A DNA stretch of 64,000 bases. Source: Octopus vulgaris. Its lineage: Eukaryota. Numbering within the stretch: the stretch's first letter is position 1; each line of letters starts with the position of its first letter. Both the position numbers and the translations under genes were made by a program. A model generated the notes under the pieces. The model was not told the DNA's origin. It did no database searches and was given only the letters and a program-made list of their open reading frames with translations. This document shows, piece after piece, positions 39,506 through 52,164 of the stretch. The stretch lies in NCBI GenBank assembly GCA_951406725.2, contig OX597815.1:113522001-113586000 (forward strand), read 5' to 3'.

Positions 39506-39729
39506 TCAGTTGTCAAGTTTGGAAGTGTTAACATCATCATCATCATCATCATCATCATCATTTAGCGTCCGTTCTCCATGCTAGCATGGGTTGGACGGTT
39601 CAACTGGGGTCTGTGAAGCTGGAAGGATTCATCAGGCCCAGTCAGATCTGGCAGTGTTTCTACGGCTGGATGCCCTTCCTAACGCCAACCACTCCGTGAG
39701 TGTAGTGGGTGCTTTTTACGTGCCACCTG

Positions 39730-40296
39730 CACAGGTGCCAGACAGAGCTGGCAAACGGCCACGAACGGATGGTGCTTTTACGTGTCACCGGCACGGGGGC
39801 CAGGCGAGGCTGGCAACGGACACGAACGGATGGTGCTTTTACATGTCACCGACATGGGGGGGCCAGACAGGGCTGGCAAACGGACACGAACAGATGGTGC
39901 TTTTACATGTCACCGACATGGGGGCCAGACAGGGCTGGCAAGCGGCCACGAACGGATGGTGCTTTTACGTGTCACCGGCACGGGGGCCAGACAGAGCTGG
40001 CAAACGGCCATGAACGGATGGTGCTTTTACGTGTCACCGGCACGGGGGCCAGACAGAGCTGGCAAACGGCCACGAACGGATGGTGCTTTTACGTGTCACC
40101 GGCACGGGGGCCAGACAGAGCTGGCAAACGGCCACAAACGGATGGTGCTTTTACGTGTCACCGGCACGGGGGCCAGGCCAGGCTGGCAACGGCCACAAAC
40201 GGATGGTGCTTTTACGTGCCACCGACACAGGGCCAGACAGGGCTGGCAAATGGCTACGAACGGATGGTACTTTTACGTGTCACCTGCACGGGGGCC
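39730..40296. repeat. ~60-bp minisatellite (~9.5 copies) in the RTE 3' UTR
   Basis: Unit GGCACGGGGGCCAGACAGAGCTGGCAAACGGCCACGAACGGATGGTGCTTTTACGTGTCACC. Confidence 0.92.
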
Positions 40297-40344
40297 CTGA
40301 TGTTGATCGACCTCAATTTGGTTTGATCTTGATTTTGATTGTTC

Positions 40345-42315
40345 TCACTGGTCTTGCCGGGTTTTCTCACGCACAGCATACCTCCAAAGGTCTCGGTCAC
40401 TGGTCATTTCCTTGGTGAGACCTAAAGTTCGAAGGTCGTGCTTCACCGCCTCGACCCAGGTTTTCCTGGGTCTACCTCTTCCACAGGTCCCCTCAACTGC
40501 CAGGGTGTGGCACTTTCGCACACAACTATCTTCCGCCATTCTCATCACATGACCATACCAGCGCATACGTCTCTCTTGCACACAACAACTGATGCTTCTT
40601 AGGTTCAACTTTTCTCTCAAGGTACTTACACTCTGTCGATTATGAACACTGGCATTACACATCCATCGGAGCATACTAGCTTCATTTCTTGTGAGCTTAC
40701 GCAAATCCTCAGCAGTCACAGCCCAAGTTTCACTACCATGTAGCATGGCTGTACGTACACATGCATCATACAGTCTGCCTTTTACTTTGAGCGAGAGGCC
40801 TTTTGTCACCAGCAGGGGTAAGAGCTCTCTAAACTTTGCCCAGGCTATTCTTACTCTAGCAGTTATACTTTCAGCGCACCCGCTACTGACTTGGTCACCT
40901 AGGTAACGGAAACTATCAACTACTTCTAGCTTTTCTCCCTGGAAAGTGACGGAAGTTGGTCTCAGAGCATTTTCAGTGTTAATTGTTCCTGAGCATCTGC
41001 CACATACAAAAACCATCTTCCTAGTTAGCCTTCCTTTGACATTGCTGCACCTCTTATGTGTCCATAGCTTACACTTGGTGCATCTTATAGAATTTCTACC
41101 TACACCTTTTCTACAGATCGAGCAGGGCCATCTACCTGAAGGCGTTTGTGATTGGTCTACCTTCCTACTTATTACGACTTTGGTTTTGGCTAGGTTGATT
41201 CTAAGGCCCTTCGATTCTAAACCTTGTTTCCATACCTGAAACTTCTCCTCTAGTTCTGATAGAGACTCAGCAATTAGAGCAAGGTCATCAGCATAGAGGA
41301 GCTCCCAGGGGCATCCTGTCTTGAATTCCTCCGTTATTGCCTGGAGGACTATGATAAATAGGAGGGGACTGAGGACTGAACCTTGGTGGACCCCAACCTC
41401 TACCCTGAATTCTTCACTGTACTCGGTGCCAACCCTCACCTTACTAGCAGCGTCTCTGTACATGGCTTGTACAGCTTTCACTAACCATTCATCTATCCCT
41501 AGTTTCCTCATTGACCACCAGATGAGGGATCGGGGGACCCTGTCGAAGGCTTTCTCCATATCAACAAAAGCCAGGTATAGGGGCTTGTCTTTGGCTAGGT
41601 ATTTCTCTTGCAGCTGTCTTACCATGAAAATAGCATCAGTAGTACTTTTCCCTGGCACGAACCCAAACTGCATCTGATCTAGGCTAACTCTCTCTCTAAT
41701 TAGTTGGGCTATAACCCTCTCCGTAACCTTCATTACCTGATCCAGCAGCTTGATACCCCTGTAGCTATTTGTATCTAGGGCGTCACCTTTATCTTTGTAG
41801 CAGCTGACTATTATGCTGCTACACCAGTCATTGGGAATGACTCCTTCGTGTATCACCTGGTTAACTATACAAGTGACTAGGCTATAGCCGACACTACCAG
41901 ATATTTTGAGCATCTCTGCAGTAATTCCTGATGGGCCTGGGGCTTTCCCTGTTTTCATGCTTTTAATTGCCTTATCTACTAAGGAACTGTCAACTCGGAT
42001 TGCTGGTTCCTCTGTTGGGTCAACATTCAGCAGACTCTCTTTATCCCATTCATTTTCCTCATTCAGCAACCTTTCATAGTGGCTTCTCCAAACCTCTCTC
42101 TTTGCATCCTCATTTAGCGCAAGTGAGCCATCATCCGTGCGAACACATTTTTCTCCTACCACGTCACGATTCTCTCTCACACACTGTCTTGCTATACGAA
42201 ATACCTCAAATCTTTCATCCTCACGGCGCAGGACATTGGCAAATTTTTTCCTATCTGCTTCCCCTCTGGCTAAATAAACCTGCCTCCTAGCTTCCCTTCT
42301 TGCAGTCTGATACAC
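40345..42315 (-). CDS. RTE reverse transcriptase (N-terminally truncated, no endonuclease) with an embedded PHD-like finger
   Basis: GKAPGPSG, YRGIKLL, QFGF, FVDMEKAFDRV, GVHQGSVLSP, LYADD, CxxC..CxxC..HxxC..CxxC, FRYLG, RGRPRKTW. Confidence 0.88.
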   Translation of the reverse strand: MYQTARREARRQVYLARGEADRKKFANVLRREDERFEVFRIARQCVRENRDVVGEKCVRTDDGSLALNEDAKREVWRSHYERLLNEENEWDKESLLNVDPTEEPAIRVDSSLVDKAIKSMKTGKAPGPSGITAEMLKISGSVGYSLVTCIVNQVIHEGVIPNDWCSSIIVSCYKDKGDALDTNSYRGIKLLDQVMKVTERVIAQLIRERVSLDQMQFGFVPGKSTTDAIFMVRQLQEKYLAKDKPLYLAFVDMEKAFDRVPRSLIWWSMRKLGIDEWLVKAVQAMYRDAASKVRVGTEYSEEFRVEVGVHQGSVLSPLLFIIVLQAITEEFKTGCPWELLYADDLALIAESLSELEEKFQVWKQGLESKGLRINLAKTKVVISRKVDQSQTPSGRWPCSICRKGVGRNSIRCTKCKLWTHKRCSNVKGRLTRKMVFVCGRCSGTINTENALRPTSVTFQGEKLEVVDSFRYLGDQVSSGCAESITARVRIAWAKFRELLPLLVTKGLSLKVKGRLYDACVRTAMLHGSETWAVTAEDLRKLTRNEASMLRWMCNASVHNRQSVSTLREKLNLRSISCCVQERRMRWYGHVMRMAEDSCVRKCHTLAVEGTCGRGRPRKTWVEAVKHDLRTLGLTKEMTSDRDLWRYAVREKTRQDQ

Positions 42316-43507
42316 TTCCCTGCTACCACCGTTCTTCCAGTCCTTCCAAGTCTGTTTCTTTTGTCTAATGGCCCTGTCAACAGTATTGTTCCACCACCAC
42401 GTTATGTTTTGTCTTGGTTTAAAAGATGGACAACAACAAATATTCTGCTCGATACTACAAATTTACCTGCTTGACTTAAAACCAGTTAAGCATGTCCCTT
42501 AGTGGCTGGCAATATGTGCATCTCTGATCATGAGCAGGAATAGTGGGGGAACACCATAACAATGTGTTGAGAGGAATTTTTTAGGGCTTCAATAATTCAC
42601 CCCAGGAAACATGGATATTTTGTTCATCATCCTTAAACAACTTTTATTCAGGGACCTTTTGAGCAGGGTAGGCTACCTGACCCAAAGAATATTCTAACTG
42701 GGTCCACCTGCGAGGTCATGCACTGTTTATCTTAATATGAGGTCAGCATGTCATGCACATATGATTGTGAAGCATGCACCTGGTGTATCTTTATCAGAGA
42801 GGTAGTCATGGTGAATATGCTGGACTCTGTATATTTATTTGTACTCCAACAACACTTTGATGGCATGTGCTGCTCTATTATTCAATGATAATAATAATAG
42901 TGTTAATTATTATTTCGTAAATATATTTTTCTGTAATAGCATTATTTTGCAGTACTTTATGGTACTAAGCCACTTAACATTCAATTAATTCTTTGGTATT
43001 TCAGTTCAGACATTACAATATAGTCCCAGCATTTCATTGGCTTTGGTCTGTTCTGATATTACTAAAACCAAATATTTACCACTGTCTCAAATATCAAACT
43101 GGTAGAGTATTTTTTGTTTGTTTATTTGTTCCCCCCCCCACCCTCATTAAAAAAGTTGATTCCAAAGACAGAGCTCTGCCTAAGCTAAATTCTTATTTCA
43201 ATAAAAATGTTTTCTTCAAAATGATACTTAAAAGCAGATAACTATAACATTTATAACCCTGAATAAATTAACAGTATTAAATGACACCAGGTTTTGTTTT
43301 AGTTGAAACATTTCTATTTTCAGGAGGAAATAGAAGAGAAAATAATGCTATTTTTTTTTCCTGTTAGATGACATCATCAATAATGAGTCGGATGTTGCAG
43401 CGCCCTCCAGTCAGCAACAAGGGGTAGATAATTATGAAGTAATATTTCTACATAAAATGTCTTTAGGTGTGCGATGAAATTGACCGTACTCGAATGTTTT
43501 TTTCGTT

Positions 43508-43650
43508 ATGGGTCAAACAGCCTCTAATGTTGCTAAGAAAGTTGTCACGCCTATTACATCTCTGTACTCACAGAACAACAATGGATCGACTGAAATATGC
43601 AAAAGAACTGTGAAAAATCCTGTAATACCTTATGTGTTTAAGCGTCGAGG
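43508..43650 (+). CDS. TUSC2: TUSC2/FUS1 coding exon 1 (MGQTASNVAKK...PYVFKRRG)
   Basis: ATG at 43508; N-myristoylation-type MGxxxS start; P(Y/F)VFxRRG motif; phase-2 donor GG|GTAAG. Upstream acceptor TTTAG at 43466. Confidence 0.88.
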
Positions 43651-45149
43651 GTAAGCCAGCTGTCTTCCATGCCAACCTGCCTCTTTCTTTCTCTCAATTG
43701 CTGTTTCATTTTACATAATATTGTATTTTAAAACCTGTTTTACATGATAATAACCTTTTAAAAACCTGTATACTCTCAAATCAATTCTTTTATTTTATAA
43801 ATATTAATTTTTCTGTATATTTCATATAATTAATTCTGTGATTTGTACATTTTTTCACTAATTGAGAATTTCCTTTCCTCCTTTAGTAATCTTCTTGGAG
43901 AGTCTACCTTTTACACCTGATTGCTAAGTATGCTAGGAAATTATGAACATAATCTTTCTATCGCTTCTTTTTCTACACAGCTGATGCTGCCATATTAGAT
44001 AATCATTTAGAATTTTTAACCATTAATTTCACTTTAAGTCAACCATAGCAACAAGCTGATCGATATATTATGGAATTCTTTCTCTTTCGGTATAATAACA
44101 ATTATTTGTACTCCTTAACATGATACATGTTAACATATAAATGAAACATAAACACATCGTATACGAAGCTGACGAAAGAATTTTAGGACTGTAACTCAGA
44201 TGTATTTAATTTTAGGAGTTTCATAAAACACATGTAAAGTGAATGAACTTAGATCTGTTTAAAAAGAAATGGAAGTGATCTTAATTCTTAGCAGTATAAC
44301 CTATTAACATTTATATTTTATATAATTACTTAACATCACATGCAACAGAAACGTTTTCGATAAGCTTTCGTTTTGAAGCAAGGTCATATACATTGATTGA
44401 ATCCGTCCATTGACTTCATCGAGATCTTTCGCTGTTTATTTCATGGTTTTATTTAATGATTACATTTATTTGTGGCAAATCAGTCAATCAGATGAGTTTC
44501 GTCTAATCAATTCGCCTGCTGAACACTGCATTTCATGTTATATCATAAATCGCACAATTATGCTTTCTTCATCCCGTTAATCAGCATTTTAAGTGGGGTG
44601 CCACATTTCCCGTTGTAAAAATTTGTTTTGTGATCAGTTAAATAATTTTAAGAGAAAATGCGCTCCCTTCCGAATGTGTTTTCTGATTTCACTTTCATTT
44701 AAATAAGGACTGATTTTTGTTTTAAATCAGTACTGTCATATATATTAATCTGTAAAATTAATATCTTTTAAATGAATCTATTGATATTACTTAAGGAATA
44801 AAGGTCAAGATCTTAAACTGGAGAAAATTCTTCCGTTCAGTATTTCCAGATTTCACTTCGTGATTATTAGATTATTGCTCATAATTGTAATGTGTTCCAG
44901 TACAGTGTAAACATCCATCTGGATCGTTAACTCGTGTCTCGAATTCTTCATATGTGATTAAATCCTCTTCGAAGACATCGTTATTTTCATTCCTTTTTTC
45001 CTGCCGTAGCCTAGTTTAGATAAGTCTCGCTCTATCTCTACTCCCCTTTCATCACCTCGTTTGTGGGTAGAAAGTTAAATAAAATCTTAATTTGCTTACT
45101 TGCATATTCGTCTGTAACTCATATTTTAGCTGACAACAATCTTTCATCT

Positions 45150-46520
45150 ATTCTCTTTTTATTTATCAACTTATTGACTTAAAAAATAATAAGCTTTTGA
45201 TCATGTTAAGCATGAGAGTTTGGGACAAGGGATGAGGGATTTCGGCTTCGAAAGCAACCTCATCCAAATGATTCAAGCACTATACGAAAATTTAAGTTGT
45301 ACAATAGTCCTGAGTAGTAACAACAGTGAGTTCCTCATGGCAGTAACTGATGAAGTACATCAGGACTATCTCCTCTCTCCTATGTTTTTCAACATCTCCA
45401 TGGAAAACATCCTGCTGGAGACACTTCATGATTTCCATACCCACGTTGTCATTAGAAGATAGTTCGTTTGCAACGTGCGTTTTGCGGACTATACTGACCT
45501 AACAGTATGCAGTGAAGCAGTAACATGTTACTAGATTGGAAAGAGCATCAGAAGCTTATGAAATAGGGACTCGTTCTGAAAAATTCAAAATTTTAATCAA
45601 TAGCTACAGTCAGAACATAGCAATCAACATCATGCTGAACAAATAAAAATAAGTAAATGCTTTAAACACACTTACAAAAAGTCATTATCACAGATTTCAA
45701 TTTTTATTTTTAATTGTTGAATGACCTAAAAAAACATTTCTTATTGAAAAAATACATTTCTTATTGAAAAAATATTTGAAAAGTAATTGCGATTTGAAAA
45801 CTTATTTCAAAATATTTGAAATTTTATAGAAGGCTAATTTATGGAATTGTTTGTTCAATCAAATACTTATAATTTTCTTTTTTTTATAAGAAATGTTACC
45901 ATTTCTACAATGCTTGCATAATAACTTTAAAATTGATTTTTTTTAATTGATAAAAAGAGGAATCTGTTTTAATGATATTAAATATTACATGTTCGTTTCA
46001 CTTTCTCAGGATACCTAATTCTATTTTTGTACTTTCCGCTACACTGATTTACTCTTATCAATCCAACAGAAATATGTACTTAAAACCCAAAGATTTAGTT
46101 TATAGGTACATATCGCCACTTGAGGAAGTGGACAACTTGAGATACTTTGAATACACATTTAGCAAGGATGGCCACTAAATAAAGAAGATACAAACAAGAT
46201 TTAGCCTGACCTCATCTACCTTGGTGAAGCTGAATGTCATGGAAATGTCCTGTTAGTTTTCCTGTGAAGCTCAAACTGTACAAGTCCCTAGTGACTTCCA
46301 ACTTTCAGCATGACTGCAAAAACTGGATACTAACACCCGACAAAAGATCTGAGTGTTTCAGCATAATACAAACAACTTTGTCAGGCATTAAGACATCAAA
46401 TGTGCTAGTAGGCCAGATTTACTCTTTGCTGTTGTGAAACACTAAAATCTCATTGGTATGAACATGTATCTCACCACAACTCCCTATCTAGAACTGTGCT
46501 ATTAAAACATTTTAAGCCTT
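45150..46520 (+). mobile_element. Highly degraded RTE-like LINE remnants
   Basis: LIQMIQALYE, VHQDYLLSP.FFNI.ME and KLKLYKSLV fragments. Confidence 0.5.
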
Positions 46521-46915
46521 AGAGAAGAGATGCAATATCTATGGACTGAGCCTGCATTTCCTGATGGTTAAAATACAACAATGTTTCATCCCATCACCAA
46601 CTCTAGAATGCCCCAATGTTCAGTTATGTCCCTCTTCTCTACATTAATGACTTATTCTTAACAGCACACAATCCTAAGCAAAAGTTATCATTCATCACTC
46701 CTCCTTATCTTGCATCAGCATAAGTTTGTATACTAACTGAACACAATAGACCTACAGTATTGCAATCATTATGACAACACATCAAGTAAACAGTTATGTA
46801 CATTCCATTCTCTATATATAAACAACACACAATTAAATCCTTATGTCATCACAACCTCTGATCTTTCATGGGAAATTCACACACACACATGTATTTATGT
46901 ATATTTATATCTATC

Positions 46916-46948
<33 letters not shown>

Positions 46949-46949
<1 letters not shown>

Positions 46950-47160
46950 ATAATAATAATAATCCATGGATGGAATTTATAAATATTTTAATGCATCACT
47001 ACACGCATTTCCACAAATCACAAGTTTCTTAATATCATAGTCCTTATTCCTGGGCTGATTACTGTGTAATCCCTAGTATCCATGGACATCAGGTGGATCA
47101 TATTCATGTGTTCCTTTCTTCAGGCAATATTATAAATTCCATCCATGGATTATTATTATT
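46949..47160. repeat. ~31-bp inverted repeats around a ~150-bp spacer
   Basis: AATAATAATCCATGGATGGAATTTATAA ... TTATAAATTCCATCCATGGATTATTATT. Confidence 0.75.
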
Positions 47161-47859
47161 GTTGCAATATTTATCTTACATTATATCAGCACAGCTCAGT
47201 GCAACTCAAAACTGTCATTGCTAGTTGATATCATTTAGCTGTTATCGGGCATAATAAAGTAGGAGCTTTTAAATGCATATTCAAAACATTTCCCATAAAT
47301 TAACTTAAAGGATGTTTATATATATATATATATATATATAGCATTGCCAAGATTACATCACAAATGTCAGAAAATACTTCAGTCTTAGCTAATTGTTGAC
47401 CCTACGAAGCTTAACATTGTAATACTGCCGATATTTCGGATGGTTCTTCTCATAGATATCTTAGATCATCTCCAAAAGAATGCTCACCAACTGATTCACA
47501 AAATTCACTCACCAACACACTGCGACCACTAGTTCACACAAGTTGTTTTTTATCTCTGTCTCTTCTGCCATTATAGTGGTCTCTGTACCTTTTAACCCAG
47601 ATAACTGTATACATCCTTCAACCAACCTAATTCAATTCACTCATCTCACCTCCTCCTCCATCTCCTCTTGCCATGTCTCACTTCCCAAAGGCTCCACTAA
47701 ACATTCAGTGAATCCAGCCCCCTCACAGCTGCATCTTTCTAGAATTCCCATGCCTTGTTTTTCTTACAGATGCAGACCTACAAATGTTTTAAAATGAACA
47801 TTAACTGCAGCAATATTTCTAGTTAGAGAATGCAAAAGCTATACCCCCTCTCCTTTTAC

Positions 47860-48588
47860 GAAGCATCAAATATGGTGTGCAAGAGAGACAGCTGCACTGA
47901 TATGGTCATGTGTTACATATGGATGAAGACAGCTGTGTGAGGAAGTGCTACACCCTAACTGTAGAAGGAACCTGTGGAAGAGGTAGACCCAAGAAGACAT
48001 GGAATGAGGTGGTGAAGCATGACCTTCAAGTACTGGGCTTCACAGAGGTAATGACAGGAGACTGAGACTTTTAGAGATATGCTGTGATTGAGAAAACCTG
48101 GCACCTAAAGTGAGATCGCAGCCATGGCTGATGTCAGTGTTGCATGTCTGGCCCATTTAAAAGTACCCTTGATGCATTGGGCAATATGATATGCTTGAGA
48201 AGACCTGTTGAGTCAAGTAAAAACAATATTGTAGCTATGACCAGTGCCACCTAGCTGGCTTCCATGCTGGTGGCTTGTAAAATGCACCATCTGAACGTGT
48301 TCGATGCCAGTGCCCCCTGACTGACTCCCATGCTGGTGACACATAAAAAGCACCATCCAAATGTGGTCGATGCCAATGCTGCCTGACTGGCTCCTGTGCT
48401 GGTGGCACGTAAAAAGCACCCACTCCACTCACAGAGTGGTTGGCATAAGGAAGGGCATCCAGCTGTAGAAACATTGCCTGATCAGATTGGAGCCTGGTGC
48501 AGCCACTGGCTTTCCAGACTTCAGTTCAAACTGTCCAACCCATGCCAGCATGGAAAACGGACATTAAACGAAGATGATGATGATGATG
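47860..48588 (+). mobile_element. Older 3' fragment of the same RTE family as 39532-42403
   Basis: YGHV.HMDEDSCVRKC.TL.VEGTCGRGRPKKTW, then degenerate 60-bp units and a (GAT)n tail. Confidence 0.8.
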
Positions 48589-48899
48589 CCAGTTATAATA
48601 GTGTAGATGAAAGTACAATTATATACAATTTCAGTCTGGCCAACATTTTGCCATTGATGCTAATAAGTTGCACATTTGAGTGTTGTGTAAAATATTGGAA
48701 GAAATATTTACTTAGTGTTATTTCCAATGACAAAACGTATTCTATGGCATATGAGTGGTGCTAATTTTCTACAAAGACATAATGAAATAGTATTGTTATT
48801 TTTTCATCACCATTTCAGTATTATATGGTTATCATTTTCAGTTGGAAGGTTAGATAGGAACACTCTGGAACTTCTGGAATTTTCACAACCTTATCCAGC

Positions 48900-50165
48900 C
48901 CTTGCAGTTTGGATTTATCCCTGACTCCAGCTGCTGTGATCAATTTGTCAAGTTTCTTGAAGACATCACCCAGGTCACTGATGGCGGCTCATGGGTGGAT
49001 ATTGTTTACTTTGACTTTGTTAAAGACTTACGACAAAACTCTCTGCAATGGGTGTGAAAGGTGATCTTTTTAACTGGTTGGAGTCCTTCATTCTCAGCCA
49101 AAAAGAGGTAGTCGCTGTTCTAGAACAGCATTCTTCACCCTATGAGATGTCACCTGGTGTACCACAGGGATCATACATTAATGACATAGATGCCAACTTA
49201 AAGAATGCCACAGTGCTGAAAAATGCAAATGCCACAGTGCTGTACCTTGAGATAAAACAAAAAAGACAGATCCTAAACACTATAGATCTTTCCTGCAATT
49301 GGACCTGGACACAATGCAACAATATATCACAGACTGGCAACTCAAGTGGGCTGTTGACAAGTGTACCCCCATGCATTTTGGGAGGAAAACCCCAGTGTCC
49401 ACACACTCTTGATAACACTAATAACAAGAAGTCTTGTGAATATGACTTGGGCATTACTGTCAGCAGCGATTTGCGCTAGACAGAGCACATCTCTAAAATT
49501 GTCAAGAAGGCCGAGGGTGTCTTGACGTCACTTAGCAAGACTTTGTCAGCCACTCTCCAGCTATCTATTTAAAGCTGTATATGGCTATGGTGCAGCCACA
49601 CTTGGAATTTGCATCACAGTTTGGAACCACTATCTTGCTCAGGACATTGACCTCCTGGAAACTGTTCAGACATGAAACCAAGTGAATACCCTCCATCAGG
49701 TATCTACCATACTCTGAACACCTTACCTCCCTGGGCATAGATTCATCGAAGTTCTGACATCTATCAATTGACTTGGTAAACACCCACAAAATTATTAACC
49801 ATTGTGCCAATAACCACCTTGAACACCTTTTTGAGCTCCATGTGTCTAACACATGTTGGCATGCCTACAAAGTCAAAAAACAACACAGCTCACATGACTT
49901 TCGGAAACATTTTTTCACTCAGAATTACTGAAACATGGAACAAACTACCTGCATCAGTTGTTAGTTGCTGAGGCATTGCATCCTTTAAAACCTCCATGCT
50001 TCCTGAAATTCACCAACACTACACCTGATATCCCCTCCACCCATACACATACACACATGTATATCATGACTTTTGTACATAACTCTGTGTACTGTACATG
50101 CACCTTTGATGAATTGTATGCACCTGAGCACTATACACAATAATTTCATTATTATATATTATTAT
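48900..50165 (+). mobile_element. Degraded CR1 LINE 3' portion (same family as 5414-6235)
   Basis: PGVPQGS, DLGITVSSDL and strong nucleotide similarity to 5470-6225. Confidence 0.8.
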
Positions 50166-50667
50166 TATAAAAATATGTTGCATGCTAGAAACAAGTTAGT
50201 CTACATTGCTGTAAATACAAAAGAAAGTTTCATTTCATTTTCCAAACTTTACTTAATTTTACTGACAAAGGAAGGAACTTTGTTCCATACATATATTATG
50301 AACAATCAATAATGTGCATTTACAATTGTATTCAAAGTTTAACATATTCAGAAAGTATTGGGAATTCACACATGGTAATACACGTTACAGTTCACTTCCA
50401 TAATTCAGGATGTATTAGAACAAGGGAAGTGTATTAGAAGAGATGAAAAATTACTTAAATTATGCTAACTGGCATTCGGTCAGCTAGATCAGCCAGTCAG
50501 TTCCATGTACCTGTGATTTCTTGTAGCTTTCATAATCCCACTGTCTTCAAAGTAGGCTCCTGGCAGCTCTTATTTTAAATGTGTGTTTCCTTGATTACTA
50601 TAGAACATCAGTTTAAACTAAATGAGCATCATGCTCATATCACATGATTATATTACCTGGTTCTTAA

Positions 50668-50887
50668 CCCTTTCGTTACTGTATTTATTTTGAGATGCTC
50701 TGTGTTTCTTTCAATTACTTTAAATATAACAAAGAATTCAGTAAAATAACTTAGTTATCATTCAGCCAGTGTTAGGAACATAAATTGTGACTAAGGTTTG
50801 GTGGAAGATTTTAATTCAAAACTTATGAAAGCAAGACATTTGAACTCAGAGCCAGAACCGGTTTCAGTCAGGTTGGTAACGAAAGGG
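50668..50887. mobile_element. piggyBac-type MITE, uninterrupted 220 bp
   Basis: TTAA-CCCTTTCGTTAC ... GTAACGAAAGGG-TTAA perfect 12-bp TIRs. Confidence 0.88.
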
Positions 50888-52164
50888 TTAAAAGTCTAAA
50901 GTTTCTGTGCCCATGTTTTTGTTACTAGGCAATTGACAGTATGGGTGTGAATGGCAGGATCAATGACTCACTTATTAACACAAATACAGTAGCCAATATT
51001 ACTTCTGTTGTGACCATGCAGACTTTCTATTTCTTTCAAGTTTATTTTGTCACAGTGTTCATTACATTAGTCATCTTGATTAACATTGTGCACCATTTCT
51101 AATTAACAGCTGTGAGATTCAATTAAAAAAAGAGACCCAATAATAAAAGTAAAAATGCCAACAATTCAAGTAAATTATAAATGATAAATTTTGCAGATGT
51201 ACCCAATGAACTGACAAACAAAATAATTTTATTGACATGCTTTTGAATAATTCTGTTGTGATGGCTGGAATAGATTTCTTGTTAAAACATCTTAAGTTGA
51301 CTTAAATGCAAAATATTTAGCTTTCCTGTTAGCATATAACCAAGGTAGGTGAGATTGTATGGCATTAGACCATCTTTCATGTGTTACAATTCTAATATAT
51401 TGATAATTATCTTCTGTTTTAGCCCAACTTATTTTCTTTGTTAAATAAACCTGCTAGTGTAATTAATGTCATTACTGAGTTGATTTCATTGCCAGTAGTT
51501 TAACCAATTCATCAAATGAATTTTGTAATGGGTGAGATTATATAATTTGAATAAAAAGACAGAGAATTTGATCCTTGCACCATGAAAATTCTCAAAATGT
51601 GCTGAGTAATATCAAAGTACCTAAGCTGAGACTGCTTGAAAACATCTAAATTGATGTATCTATTGGCATGTAGCAGGGGAAGGACTAAAACTTAGTATTT
51701 TTATATCAATATTTTGGATATTAGAAGGGAGAGTTTGGTCAATCAGTATTGTATAAATTTACCTCATATCTCTACTTACCCTACTGTAATCCACGTACTC
51801 CATTATTCCTTATTGACTAGTTCCATCCATTCATTTTCTTGGTAAAAACTGTGATCTGCTGTATGTCGTATTTTTTATAAACTTCTTTATAATATTTCTT
51901 TTCTTAGACTACACTAAATAGAATAGGCTATCATCTCTCGAACACTGTCACCTCAATACTTAGCCATACACTTATAACAGTTTCTAACTTCATCTTTTTA
52001 ACTAAAATTAATCATCTTATCTTAACTACATTTCTATTTTTCTCCACACTAGCAAATGGAGACTATAGATGCTACAAGTCCTCCACAGAAAGAAAACTAT
52101 CTATTGTATCTGTTTAATAATAGTTATGATGTATGGCATGGTTGGTCCTTCTATTTTAATAATA

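Larger units (their letters stand above)
39532..42403 (-). mobile_element. 5'-truncated RTE-clade LINE with uninterrupted RT frame, minisatellite 3' UTR and (ATG)n tail
   Basis: ORF 40345-42315 followed by a 3' UTR ending at the (CAT)n tract at 39532-39560. Confidence 0.92.

Noticed and set aside
39591-40418. CRISPR-like array or repetitive protein ORFs
   Set aside because: Contiguous ~60-bp units without unique spacers, no cas genes, eukaryotic context; it is the RTE 3' UTR minisatellite.
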